Below, one piece after another: positions 9,401-20,656 of a stretch of DNA of 64,000 nucleotides. The stretch covers positions 5,720 through 69,719 of the forward strand of contig CAVQJD010000018.1 of the NCBI GenBank assembly GCA_963712695.1, read 5' to 3'. Within the stretch, counting starts at the first letter, position 1, and each line of letters opens with the position of its first letter. This DNA is from an uncultured Gammaproteobacteria bacterium. Its GTDB lineage: Bacteria; Pseudomonadota; Gammaproteobacteria; UBA9214. The notes below the pieces were generated by a model, which saw only the letters and a list, made by a program, of their open reading frames with translations, searched no databases and was not told the origin of the DNA. The position numbers and the translations under genes are program-made.

Positions 9401-10771
9401 ACCGAAATCATGCGCAGCCGGCTGGAAAGCCTGGGGCCTGTCACCGTTGACCAGCTTGCAAAGCCGGTTCGCCTGCCTGCAAGCGAGGTACAGCGGGCGT
9501 TATTGGTGCTGGAACAGGAAGGCTTCGTTATACAGGGCCACTTCGATCCGCATCGATCTGAAACCGAATGGTGCGAGCGTGGCCTGCTGGTACGCATTCA
9601 CCGCTATACGCTCAAGCATCTGCGCAGCGAAATCGAGCCTGTGAGTCCGGCGGATTTCATGCGCTTCCTGTTCAGCTGGCAGGGGCTGGAGGAACCTGCA
9701 GAAGGTATTGTTGCACTGGAACGCGTCATGCTGCAGCTCGAAGGTGTAAGCCTGCCAGCCGCCAGCTGGGAGGAGGACATCCTGCCAGCCCGGCTACAAC
9801 CGTATTTTTCAACCGAGCTGGATGAGCTGTGCAGCTCGGGCAGGCTCACCTGGCTGCGCTTGCATCCAGCCGGAGTTAAGGATAACAAATGCAGGAACCC
9901 GGCGATTAAATCCACGCCACTGGCATTCATCTTCCGGCCGCATCTGTCGGTATGGTGCCAGGCCGAAACGGCAGCACCTGAAGGGTTGAGCTCCGCAGCT
10001 GTAAAGGTGCTGGACGTGCTGAAACAATGGGGCGCCAGTTTCTTTGATGACCTGCAACAGCAAACCGGCCTGTTGAAAACGCAACTTGAGAATGCCCTGG
10101 GCGAACTGGTTGCCTGGGGGCTTGTCAACTCGGACCAGTACCAGGGCCTGCGTGCAATGATCACGCCACAGAAGACCCGGCAACACAGTCGCCGGCGCCG
10201 TCCGGCATTGCAGGCGCCGCTGGCTGCGGGTGGGCGCTGGTCACTGATACGACCACCGGTACAACATGAAGACGAGTCACAGCGTGTAGAACATGTTGCA
10301 CGAACACTGCTGACCCGTTACGGTGTTGTGTTCAGGAAGTTGCTCGAAAGAGAAAACGGTTTGCCGTCGTGGCGGGATCTGCTGTATGTCTTGCGCAGAT
10401 TCGAGGCGCGGGGTGAAATAAGGGGCGGCCGTTTCGTGCAGGGTTTTGCCGGCGAGCACTTCGCGTTACCCGAGGCGGTCAGCCTGATGCGCGAAATACG
10501 TAAAAAACAGGGTGCCGAACTGCTGATAACGATCAGCAGCGCAGATCCGTTGAATCTCACCGGTATCATCACGCCCGACAAGCGTATCGCCGCGCAGCCG
10601 GGTCATCGCATTCTCTACAAGAACGGCAAGCCCATCGCAACCAACCTGGGCGGTGATATCTCGATTGACGATGCCGTGCCGGACAGCCAGCACTGGCAGA
10701 TAAAGAATCTGCTGACGCGCAAACAGCATCCGGCGAATTACCACAAGCCGCACAATGGATCGCTGGTTTGA
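6467..10771 (+). CDS. lhr: Lhr-family large ATP-dependent DEAD/DEAH helicase
   Basis: The ORF has AWPAIQAGQNTLISAPTGSGKTLAAF (motif I), VIVDEIHAL (DExH), TASLELGIDIG, QRAGRSGH (motif VI) and a long Lhr-type C-terminal extension. The start was moved to ATG 6467 (MSSLRFHPAV) behind AGGAG. Confidence 0.9.
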   Translation: MSSLRFHPAVTAWFGSHFGTPSDVQAQAWPAIQAGQNTLISAPTGSGKTLAAFLAAIDQLVHEGLQFPLADETYVLYISPLKALSNDIHKNLELPLNGIRDALLENGFPDVPIRAMVRTGDTTQSERAMMKRTPPHILVTTPESLYILLTSDSGREILKTVRSVIVDEIHALAGNKRGAHLMLSLERLNQLCDKPPVRIGISATQKPIEGMALYLTGQHDDPVQRACTIVDTGHVRVRDLAIEMTGSPLEAVMANEVWDEIYRRLEQLIEQHRTTLIFVNTRRLAERAAAALAVKLGNDAVTSHHGSLAKEHRLDAEQRLKSGSLRALVATASLELGIDIGDVDLVCQMGSPRSIATFLQRAGRSGHHLTGTPKARLFPLSRDELVEAVAMLDAIRRDELDSILVPEHPLDVLAQQIIAEVSGREWDEQALYRVFKCARPYNNLDEKDFLDVVKMLADGFHTRRGRRGAYLHRDAVNGVLRPRRNARLTAITNGGAIPDQFDYDVILQPEGLFVGSLNEDFAFESMPGDIFQLGNFSYRMLKIEQGRVFVEDARGQPPTIPFWFGEAPGRTDELSHAVSRLRETIDKLLADSQQAALNYLAQELQLDPVAASQLVEYLAATKAVFGLIPSQKNIVFERFFDETGDMHLVIHAPFGSRVNKAWGLALRKRFCRRFNFELQAAANEDNLILSLGPTHSFPLEESAGYLKADTAEHVLIQALLDAPMFPTRWRWVTNISLAVPRRRGGRRVPAPFQRNDAEDLVALVFPDQLACLENIQGEREVPDHPLVHQVLWDCLHELMDIDGLKHVLEDIENARINVLAKDLPTPSPMAHEILNARPYAFLDDTPAEERRVLAVQQRRHMDPQTATDIGRLNPGAIQQVKQEAWPQPRSPDELHDALLITGFITESEIAAHDLERWQKYLAELQRQQRATRLLFDSEVLWVSAERLLATRLICPDSEMSPVIVPLPAEEAGSFEKAVTEIMRSRLESLGPVTVDQLAKPVRLPASEVQRALLVLEQEGFVIQGHFDPHRSETEWCERGLLVRIHRYTLKHLRSEIEPVSPADFMRFLFSWQGLEEPAEGIVALERVMLQLEGVSLPAASWEEDILPARLQPYFSTELDELCSSGRLTWLRLHPAGVKDNKCRNPAIKSTPLAFIFRPHLSVWCQAETAAPEGLSSAAVKVLDVLKQWGASFFDDLQQQTGLLKTQLENALGELVAWGLVNSDQYQGLRAMITPQKTRQHSRRRRPALQAPLAAGGRWSLIRPPVQHEDESQRVEHVARTLLTRYGVVFRKLLERENGLPSWRDLLYVLRRFEARGEIRGGRFVQGFAGEHFALPEAVSLMREIRKKQGAELLITISSADPLNLTGIITPDKRIAAQPGHRILYKNGKPIATNLGGDISIDDAVPDSQHWQIKNLLTRKQHPANYHKPHNGSLV

Positions 10772-10772
10772 A

Positions 10773-10832
10773 AACCGGGGTCAGAGCCCAATTAATTCTA
10801 ATATTAGAAGAAACTGTGCTCTGACCCCGGTT
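10773..10832. repeat. Nested inverted repeat: 15-bp perfect arms around an AT-rich loop that holds the palindrome TTCTAATATTAGAA
   Basis: AACCGGGGTCAGAGC (10773-10787) pairs with GCTCTGACCCCGGTT (10818-10832). It starts 2 nt after the lhr stop and has no T-tract on the plus strand. Confidence 0.6.
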
Positions 10833-11211
10833 GGCGATTGGCAATATCTATCGCCTGGATAGAAACAATAAAATATACAGACAAGCTGACCCTGCATATT
10901 CTGGCGACATGCAATCTGTTCCACTTGCTGGTTATTTTGTGCAGTAACAGGCAAATCGAAATGGAGTTGCAAGGCAGCAAAAACAGGGCAGTACATTAAA
11001 ATATTTTCGACGACGAATAACAGGCGAAGAGACGTTCTCTTCACTTCGCAGCCAAAGCCAATGTTGAGGGATATAACGATGTTGCCGTAGACTTCCGAAT
11101 CTGCGATGCGAGAAGAAACCGGCCACGCACAGAGTCACCTGGAGTGTTTCGAGGTTGATGCTGATCCAGTTTCTGATATTCAGGTTAAAAATGTGGAACA
11201 TTCTTACCTAA

Positions 11212-13452
<2,241 letters not shown>

Positions 13453-13560
13453 GTCCGGCACAACAAGGTGCTTGAAAGCTTCTGGAACGCAGCTGAATCC
13501 GAGCGCCTGGTCAGGTAGCGAAAAGAGCGGTAAAAGCTTTTCGAGACCCATGTAAACTCA

Positions 13561-13596
13561 ACACGGCGGCGTTTATAACGCCGCCGTGTTCTTTCT
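13561..13596 (+). terminator. Rho-independent terminator
   Basis: ACACGGCGGCGTT-tat-AACGCCGCCGTGT (13-bp stem) is followed by TCTTTCT. Confidence 0.8.
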
Positions 13597-13747
13597 GGCC
13601 CGCGCGCTGCACACCGGTTGAACCCGCCAAACTTAACGGACAGATCGGTATCAATCTGTCAACTCTGTCCCTCAAACATCACCTTTACCGGTTTGTCTGT
13701 TATCCGTTTCGGGTAAATTCCTGCGCAAGCTTGTTGTCGAGGTGTAT

Positions 13748-14401
13748 TCAATGTCGGGTGACTGATGTCGGCGGCCTCAGGGAGCGGTCCAGAATAGAAA
13801 TGAATGTGTTAAGCCGCTCAGCAGACTGAACCGTTTCCAGCAAGGCCTGCTTGTCTTGTACGCTGAGGGGTAAGGCCATGCTCATGCTGTTCATCAGTCT
13901 CACGGTAGACAGACTTTCGAGCATTGCCCAGTCGACATTCAGTCCGTTGGACTGTAAGTAACTTTTCAATTTTTCTATCAACAGTCTGCGCTCGGTGCCC
14001 GGCATGTCCTCGTGTTCGCTGTAATCCTCTGCGAAGCGGGACCAGCGCGGTACGATCAACCGATAGCCGCGGGTGGTCGGCAGCTCTTCGCCGAGGTCAT
14101 AGCGACATACGCCGCTCAGCAGCATTTCAATCCGGCCGTCATCAGTCTCACGATACTGTGTTATCCGTCCGGCACAACCGGTCTGGCAGAGTTGAGTGTT
14201 ACTTTTCGCGACCGGATCAGGCTGAATCATGCCGATCATGCGGTGCGTACCGAGTGCATCGCTGACCATATTCAGATAGCGAGGCTCGAAGATGTTCAAG
14301 GGCAGTTCAGTCCCGGGCATGAGGGTGGCTCCGGGTAACGGAAACACCGGCAGCGTGTCTGGCAACTGCTGATAGCGTGCAGTAAACGGATTGAGGCTCA
14401 T
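13748..14401 (-). CDS. LON N-terminal substrate-binding domain protein
   Basis: LPVFPLPGATLMPGTELPLNIFEPRYLNMV is a typical LON-N start. The start was set at ATG 14401 behind the CCAGGAGG RBS. Confidence 0.8.
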   Translation of the reverse strand: MSLNPFTARYQQLPDTLPVFPLPGATLMPGTELPLNIFEPRYLNMVSDALGTHRMIGMIQPDPVAKSNTQLCQTGCAGRITQYRETDDGRIEMLLSGVCRYDLGEELPTTRGYRLIVPRWSRFAEDYSEHEDMPGTERRLLIEKLKSYLQSNGLNVDWAMLESLSTVRLMNSMSMALPLSVQDKQALLETVQSAERLNTFISILDRSLRPPTSVTRH

Positions 14402-14585
14402 GGTCCACCTCCTGGGTGTCTGTTTCAGTGGCATCAATTGGTAGCGGTTTGATCACACAGTTACCCTGCGACTGCGATAAGGCGGTAAATTCGCGAGTAA
14501 CCCGGGCATAAGCAATGCGTTTTCCTGAATCTTGTGCTCCGCGTTCGCAGCTGCCATCAACGTGAACCAGTGTTGCAGTTTTCAT
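14307..14585 (-). CDS. Hypothetical small protein; the 3' end overlaps the LON-N gene by 95 nt, so the true stop is doubtful
   Basis: An AAAGGA RBS lies 8 nt upstream of ATG 14585. The product is MKTATLVHVDGSCERGAQDSGKRIAYARV... The tail reads through the neighbour's RBS and start. Confidence 0.3.
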   Translation of the reverse strand: MKTATLVHVDGSCERGAQDSGKRIAYARVTREFTALSQSQGNCVIKPLPIDATETDTQEVDHEPQSVYCTLSAVARHAAGVSVTRSHPHARD

Positions 14586-14646
14586 GGTGCAGATCCTTTC
14601 AGTTGCTGAGGCTGCCTCGCCGTATTGTTAGCAAATTTATCAGAGC

Positions 14647-14697
14647 TGTACAAGTATTGTACAAAAAAATTGACAATTACAGGGCTATTGTATAACT
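14647..14697 (+). promoter_or_regulatory. Sigma70-like promoter with phased TnnACA repeats (CarH/LitR-type operator candidate)
   Basis: TGTACA (14647), TGTACA (14658) and TTGACA (14670, the -35) are followed by TGTATAAC (extended -10, about 14689-14696), upstream of the 14844 gene. Confidence 0.6.
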
Positions 14698-14843
14698 TAC
14701 AGACAACTGCCCAACCTGCAATGTGATGAGGCTCCATGCAAACCAGATACCGCGGACTGAAGGAATGCGAGCATGGCCGTATGCCGCGGCTCGGGGTCGT
14801 GCTGGTCAACTGCGACAAACGACTATCCTGGAGGGAGTAAAAC

Positions 14844-16097
14844 ATGAGCGCTACCAGCCAGCATAATCCGGACCAGGACAGGGTGCTCGATAGCCAGGGG
14901 CTGGCATCAGTAACCTTCACCCTGCAATGGTCTGACGGTCGTTTTGAACATGAAGATCAAATGCACGTCGAAAAATTCAGTGTCTGGCGTGAAGCAGAGC
15001 TTCTGCCATCGGCAATCGGTTCGGAGATAATCGGCATGCGTGCCGGGGGATCTGCACTGGCCGCGTTGCCTCCCGGAGCGGCGACGGGCGCATGGAACGC
15101 TGGTCTGGAGATTACCGGAAGTCCCTCTGGATTTGACCGCTCCTACCGCCGTGGACTGCAGGTTGAACCGCGTTACGGACGGTTTTATCCCCGGGGATTT
15201 TTTCACGGTTTCAGGGAAATTGTCCGGGAAGCCGTCGAGCCTGCACGGATTACCGCGCTGGATGAACAGACGATGCGTGTGGATCTGAATCACCCGCTCG
15301 CCCGTTTTCCCCTGAATGTTTCCTGCAAGGTGGATCAGGTGCTGTCTGGTTCGGACTTGCATGGCGGGCGCTGTGTGAGCTCGGTCGACGAGCTTGTGCG
15401 CTATCCAGGCCTTGCTGCACCGGTTTATGACGGTCGTGATACCGATTACGGTGACGGGGCAGTTGGGATGGCGCGCATGGATGAGCGGGATGATGCTGTT
15501 TTTTATGCTCGTCCCCGTATGGTTCAACACCTCGATGAGCGTGCGCTGGCAACAGTCAATGCGCTTTATCGGCGGTTGATTCCCAAAGACGCTGATGTCC
15601 TTGATCTTATGGCAAGTTACGATTCACATCTGCACGGCTGTTCGATGCAAAGCCTGCGCGTGTTCGGCATGAATGCAGATGAACTCCAGGCCAACCGTCC
15701 GGCGACTGAACGGCAGGTGCAGGATCTGAACCAGGAGCAAACACTGCCTTTTGAAAATGCCAGTCTGGATGCGGTCGTCTGCACCGCATCTGTGGAATAC
15801 CTGATCCAGCCGCAAACTGTCATGGCCGAGGTAATGCGGGTGCTGCGCCCGGCTGGAATTTTTGTGCTTACCTTCAGTAACCGCTGGTTCCCCACCAAGG
15901 CCATCCAGGTCTGGGGCGAACTGCATGAGTTCGAGCGCGTGGGTATGGTTACGCAGTGGCTGCAGCAGACAGGCTTTATGGATTTGCATACATTCTCCTC
16001 CCGTGGCTGGCCGCGCCCGCCGGGCGACCCGCATGCCGGCACAGCCGCAATCTCGGACCCCGTCTATGCCGTCTGGGGTTTCAGGTCCGCAGCCTGA
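14844..16097 (+). CDS. FKBP/SlyD-like domain fused to a class I SAM-dependent methyltransferase
   Basis: The N-terminal part ends in VDLNHPLARFPLNVSCKVDQV (FKBP-type DxNHPLAG signature). The C-terminal part has VLDLMASYDSHL...LPFENASLDAVVCTASVEYLIQPQ...LRPAGIFVLTF (Methyltransf_11-like). Confidence 0.7.
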   Translation: MSATSQHNPDQDRVLDSQGLASVTFTLQWSDGRFEHEDQMHVEKFSVWREAELLPSAIGSEIIGMRAGGSALAALPPGAATGAWNAGLEITGSPSGFDRSYRRGLQVEPRYGRFYPRGFFHGFREIVREAVEPARITALDEQTMRVDLNHPLARFPLNVSCKVDQVLSGSDLHGGRCVSSVDELVRYPGLAAPVYDGRDTDYGDGAVGMARMDERDDAVFYARPRMVQHLDERALATVNALYRRLIPKDADVLDLMASYDSHLHGCSMQSLRVFGMNADELQANRPATERQVQDLNQEQTLPFENASLDAVVCTASVEYLIQPQTVMAEVMRVLRPAGIFVLTFSNRWFPTKAIQVWGELHEFERVGMVTQWLQQTGFMDLHTFSSRGWPRPPGDPHAGTAAISDPVYAVWGFRSAA

Positions 16098-16439
16098 CCT
16101 GATGCGACAGGGGTAACTCACACAGCTCCAGCAGCAGGACGCTGCTCGACTCCGTTGCGGTCCCCGATTCCGTACGTTCACGCTGTCAGGATACGAGGCG
16201 CACAACGCGATCAGAATCAAAACAGTAGCTAACGGTTGAAGTACGCAGGGCCGATAGGTGTGATTGGCGAGGGTTACTGTTTCCCGGGCATGCCGCCAGC
16301 GATCATGGATCAGGCATTGCCGGGTCGCGAGCAGCATGCTCGAATGCTCCGCGTATGCAGGCGGGTTGTATCCAGCGGGGTCGTGTGGATACAGTGACTG
16401 GCGCTGATGGAAGCCTGTCTTGTCATTTTAAACGGGTAA

Positions 16440-19295
16440 TTGGAGCTGTCAGCTGCAGACTGGAGTTGCATTCGGGCAGCTTCGGTTCAGGTTCACACAG
16501 GGAGGACTGGCCACTTGTCCACGGTGATTGGATGGATTGTGGTGCTGGCTGTCGTCGGAGCCGCTGGCTGGGGGGCGATCGGCCTGTGGATCGGGGGCGT
16601 GGTCGGCTGGTTGCTGGGCCTGATGGTCAGCAGGCGGGAGCAGCGGGTATCCCAGCAACGCCTGCACAGGGAACTGCAACCCCTGACAGACCGGATTGTC
16701 ACGCTTGAACAGCAGGTAACCCGGCTCGTTAAACACGTTCAGCCAGGCGATGATGACGCAGGGCCGGTCCAGGCAGAGGACCTGTCCGGGGCGGTGGAAT
16801 CTGAACCCCCGGTGCGCGATCAGGTGTATTCAGCTACAACCGGGCGATCCTTGCCGACGATTGAAGCCGGGGCGCAAACCGCTGCGGCGGCAGAGGCAGC
16901 GGAGCCCGTGACGGCAGGCGGCGGGTGGCCTGAGCACGACGCCACCGCGCGCCGCGCAAGACCGCGTTATCTGCAACAGCTTCTGGGCTTCTTTACCGGC
17001 GGCAATCTGGTGGTGCGCGTCGCTGTAGTGGTGCTGTTTTTCGGTGTCGCCTTCCTGATGCGTTACGCGGCCGAGCACAATCTCGTGCCGATCGAATTGC
17101 GCCTGGCCGGCATCGCCGTGACGGCAATCGCGGCGCTGGTGCTCGGCTGGCGCCTGCGCGAGCGGCCCGGACACTACGGGCTGGTGCTGCAGGGGGGTGC
17201 TATCGGTGTGCTGTACCTGACCATATATGGCGCCGCCAAGCTGTATGGCCTGCTCCCCATGGGTCTGGCGTTTGCCCTGATGGCAGGCATTGTCGCCTTT
17301 TCGGCCCTGCTGGCGGTGTTGCAGGATGCCAGGTCGCTCGCCCTGTTCGGAAGTGCGGGCGGTTTTCTTGCGCCGGTCCTGGCCTCGACGGGGGGCGGCA
17401 GCCATGTGGCCCTGTTCGGTTATTATGCATTCCTGAATGCCGGTATTCTCGCCATCGCCTGGTACCGCTCGTGGCGCGAGCTCAACCTGCTCGGTTTCGT
17501 GTTCACCTTCGTGATCGGCTCGGCCTGGGGCTATCACTATTACCGCCCCGAGCATTTCGCGACCACCGAACCGTTTCTGATTCTGTTCTTCCTCATGTAC
17601 GCCATTATTGCGCTGCTGTTCGCATCACGTCAGCCCCCGCGGTTGCGCGGCTATGTGGATGGCAGTCTGGTGTTCGGTGTGCCGATCGTGGCCTTTGCCC
17701 TGCAGGCTGCGCTGGTGCGCAATAGGGAATACGGCATGGCTATCAGTGCGCTGCTGGTATCCGGATTTTATATCGCGCTCGCGAGCCTGCTGTGGCGCCG
17801 CACGGGTGAAGGGCTGCGCATGCTGGTCGAAGCCTTTCTGGCGCTGGGTGTGGTGTTCGGCACGCTCGCGATACCCCTGGCACTGGATGGGCGCTGGACC
17901 GCGGCGGCCTGGGCCATGGAAGGCTCGGCGCTGGTGTGGGTGGGGATTCGGCAGCAGCGTCTGCTTGCGCAAGTCTCCGGTGTATTGCTTCAGTTCGCTG
18001 CAGGCACGGCCTTTCTGTTGTCGATCGATGTGCCTGCCGGTGCAACGCCTTTGTGGAACGGTGTCTGGCTGGGGTCTGTCGTGGTTGCTGCGTCCGCCCT
18101 GTTTTCGTCCTGGTTTTTATACCGGCATCCGGAGAGCCTCGGGCGGCAGGCCCGTGCGACAGGTATTGCACTGCTGCTCTGGGGGCTGGCGTGGTGGTTG
18201 AGTGCGGGTTTGCGTGAAATCGACGCACACCTTGCTGAAATCGATGCAGCCCATGCCAGTCTCCTGTTCATGTCGTTTACGACGCTGGTGCTGGGCTGGC
18301 TGGGACACCGGTTGCAGTGGCCGCCGGCGGGTTTCGCCACCATCGCCCTGCTGCCGGTACTGGTGCTGGCCCTGCTCGGCGAGTTCGGCTTCATGGACAT
18401 GCAACATGGCTTCCAGGGCTGGGGTCTGCTGGCCTGGGCGATCGCCCTGGCCGCGCATCTGCGGGTGTTATGGCGCGGTACCGGGATCTGGCCGCCGCTA
18501 GTCGTGCGCTACTGGCATCCGCTGGGACTCTGGTTGCTGGTGGGCCTGCTGACCTGGGAGCTGGACTGGCTGATTCGCGAGACGGTTTTCCAGTCCATGA
18601 CCTGGCACTGGATCGCGTGGGCGCTGGTCCCCGGGGCGACGGTCTATCTGCTGATGCGCTTCGGGAAGCATATCTCCTGGCCGGTGGCGGAATTCGCCGT
18701 CGAGTATCTCGGCATCGGGCTCGGCGCACTGGCGTTGTATCTGTGGCTCTGGGCCATGGCGGCGGCCTTGCATGCGGGCGACCCGGCGCCGCTGCCCTAC
18801 GTCGCGCTGCTTAACCCGATGGATATTGCGCAGTGCTTTGCCTGGCTGGCCGGTTTGCGCTGGGTATTGTGGTGGCGCAGCGCAGACACTGACCGGGCCC
18901 GCCTCGCTTTCGTGCCCGTGGCTCTGTCCGCTGTGGCGGCGGGGGCGTTTGTCTGGCTGAATTCGGTGCTGGCGCGTGCCGTGCATTTCTGGGGTGACGT
19001 GGCCTGGCATGCGTCTGCCATGCAGCATTCGGTCGTGTTTCAAACGGCTATCGCTATCCTCTGGACGCTGACGGCCATGATGGTCATGGTGATCGCGCGT
19101 CGTCGGGCGAGTCGCCGTGCCTGGTTTATCGGCGCAGGGCTGCTGGGCAGCGTGGTGTTGAAGCTTTTTTTGGTCGACCTGTCGGGCGCGGGTACGCTGG
19201 AACGGATAATATCTTTCCTCGGAGTGGGCGGGCTGATGCTGGTCATCGGGTATTACTCGCCACTGCCCCCGCGCAATCACAAGGAAGCGGCATGA
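16440..19295 (+). CDS. Large polytopic membrane protein, DUF2339-like; start uncertain (TTG 16440)
   Basis: 951-aa ORF. An N-terminal TM segment and coiled stretch (LQPLTDRIVTLEQQVTRL) are followed by many hydrophobic segments. Confidence 0.7.
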   Translation: MELSAADWSCIRAASVQVHTGRTGHLSTVIGWIVVLAVVGAAGWGAIGLWIGGVVGWLLGLMVSRREQRVSQQRLHRELQPLTDRIVTLEQQVTRLVKHVQPGDDDAGPVQAEDLSGAVESEPPVRDQVYSATTGRSLPTIEAGAQTAAAAEAAEPVTAGGGWPEHDATARRARPRYLQQLLGFFTGGNLVVRVAVVVLFFGVAFLMRYAAEHNLVPIELRLAGIAVTAIAALVLGWRLRERPGHYGLVLQGGAIGVLYLTIYGAAKLYGLLPMGLAFALMAGIVAFSALLAVLQDARSLALFGSAGGFLAPVLASTGGGSHVALFGYYAFLNAGILAIAWYRSWRELNLLGFVFTFVIGSAWGYHYYRPEHFATTEPFLILFFLMYAIIALLFASRQPPRLRGYVDGSLVFGVPIVAFALQAALVRNREYGMAISALLVSGFYIALASLLWRRTGEGLRMLVEAFLALGVVFGTLAIPLALDGRWTAAAWAMEGSALVWVGIRQQRLLAQVSGVLLQFAAGTAFLLSIDVPAGATPLWNGVWLGSVVVAASALFSSWFLYRHPESLGRQARATGIALLLWGLAWWLSAGLREIDAHLAEIDAAHASLLFMSFTTLVLGWLGHRLQWPPAGFATIALLPVLVLALLGEFGFMDMQHGFQGWGLLAWAIALAAHLRVLWRGTGIWPPLVVRYWHPLGLWLLVGLLTWELDWLIRETVFQSMTWHWIAWALVPGATVYLLMRFGKHISWPVAEFAVEYLGIGLGALALYLWLWAMAAALHAGDPAPLPYVALLNPMDIAQCFAWLAGLRWVLWWRSADTDRARLAFVPVALSAVAAGAFVWLNSVLARAVHFWGDVAWHASAMQHSVVFQTAIAILWTLTAMMVMVIARRRASRRAWFIGAGLLGSVVLKLFLVDLSGAGTLERIISFLGVGGLMLVIGYYSPLPPRNHKEAA

Positions 19296-20656
19296 TGAAG
19301 GTATGGTGGTGGTGTGGTCTGTGGCTGGGAGCCGCCAGCGTCTGTGCCGGTCAGGTGCCGGTGCACACGCAGGATTTCGCCTATGGCCTGCCCATGCAAA
19401 CCGCCGGGGAGGCGGCGATTTACCGGATCGTGTTACCCGAGATTGTGTACGCGCACCTGACCAGCAGCGATTACAGCGATCTGCGGGTATTCAATGCCGC
19501 GGGAGAAGTCGTGCCCCACAGCCTGCGGCGACCGGATGCGCTGCAAGGCGAGGCAGGGGAGCCGCAGCAGGTGCCGTTTTTCCCTTATTCGATTGTCAGG
19601 CCGGGAGACAGCGGTCCGGCCCGGGTGCAGGTTACCATCAATGATCAGGGTACCGTGGTCAGCTCCAGCACGAGTAACACAACAGACGGCGCAGAGCGGG
19701 TCAGTGCCTATCTGATCGATGGCAGTGCGCTGGAACAGGCGCCTTCCCGCCTGGTGCTTGACTGGGAAAGTCCGCAGGACAGTTTCGTCGCGCATGTCGG
19801 GATAGACGGCTCCGACGACCTCGATCACTGGCACACGCTGGTAGCGCAGGCAAGCCTGGTACGTTTAATGTTTGCCGGCCGTGAGCTGGGGCGTAATGGA
19901 ATCGATTTGCCGGGCAGGGCCTATAAATATCTCAGGATCAGCTGGCCAACAGCAACCGCTGGCGCACGCCTTACCGGGGTGAAGGTCCGTGTCGAACAGC
20001 AGGCAAAGCCTGTTGACACGCGCTGGGTGAAGCTGGGCGGAACCGCCGTTGAAAATGCACAGACGCTGTTTGACTACCGTGTCCGCGGGCACCTGCCCGT
20101 CGAGCGGGCAGAGGTCGAGCTGCCCGAACAGAACAGTCTGGTGGATGTGAAGCTGTTTTCCCGCGCTGCGGAAACAGCGCCGTGGCACATGCGCCATGCC
20201 GGCAGTTTTTACCGTTTGCAGGTCGAGGGTGCCGGCCTGGCGAGCGAGCCGGCGCGCTTCACGCAGGTGAATGATGCACTCTGGCGTCTCGAGGCGGTAT
20301 CGGACTTGTCAGGTATTGGCGTTGCCGTGCCGGTACTGAGGCTGGGTTACACGCCACATCATCTCTATTTCCTGGCGCGCGGCGAGCCGCCTTTTATGCT
20401 GGCCTTTGGCGCGTACCAGGTTCCGGGTCGGCAGGGAGAGATCAATGCGCTGCTTGCGCGCATTGACGACAGTAAAAACGATGCCTTCATCGCCGAGGCG
20501 CGCAGTGGTGAAATGATCACACTGGGCGGGCCGGGAAAGCTCGAGCCGCCACCGGCACCCTTTCCCTGGCAACGCTTCGCACTCTGGAGCGTGCTCATTA
20601 TCGGCGTGCTGGTGCTGGGCGTGCTGGCCTGGCGTCTGGGTAAACAGTTGCGCTAG
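19292..20656 (+). CDS. DUF3999-like exported protein with C-terminal TM anchor
   Basis: 454-aa ORF. The ATGA start/stop overlaps the upstream gene. It has a signal peptide MMKVWWWCGLWLGAASVCAGQ and a C-terminal FALWSVLIIGVLVLGVLAW. Confidence 0.65.
   Translation: MMKVWWWCGLWLGAASVCAGQVPVHTQDFAYGLPMQTAGEAAIYRIVLPEIVYAHLTSSDYSDLRVFNAAGEVVPHSLRRPDALQGEAGEPQQVPFFPYSIVRPGDSGPARVQVTINDQGTVVSSSTSNTTDGAERVSAYLIDGSALEQAPSRLVLDWESPQDSFVAHVGIDGSDDLDHWHTLVAQASLVRLMFAGRELGRNGIDLPGRAYKYLRISWPTATAGARLTGVKVRVEQQAKPVDTRWVKLGGTAVENAQTLFDYRVRGHLPVERAEVELPEQNSLVDVKLFSRAAETAPWHMRHAGSFYRLQVEGAGLASEPARFTQVNDALWRLEAVSDLSGIGVAVPVLRLGYTPHHLYFLARGEPPFMLAFGAYQVPGRQGEINALLARIDDSKNDAFIAEARSGEMITLGGPGKLEPPPAPFPWQRFALWSVLIIGVLVLGVLAWRLGKQLR

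Noticed and set aside
14402-14437. An upstream extension (MMPLKQTPRRWT) of the LON-N gene.
   Set aside because: The extension contains the gene's own AGGAGG RBS. The conserved N-terminus begins at ATG 14401.
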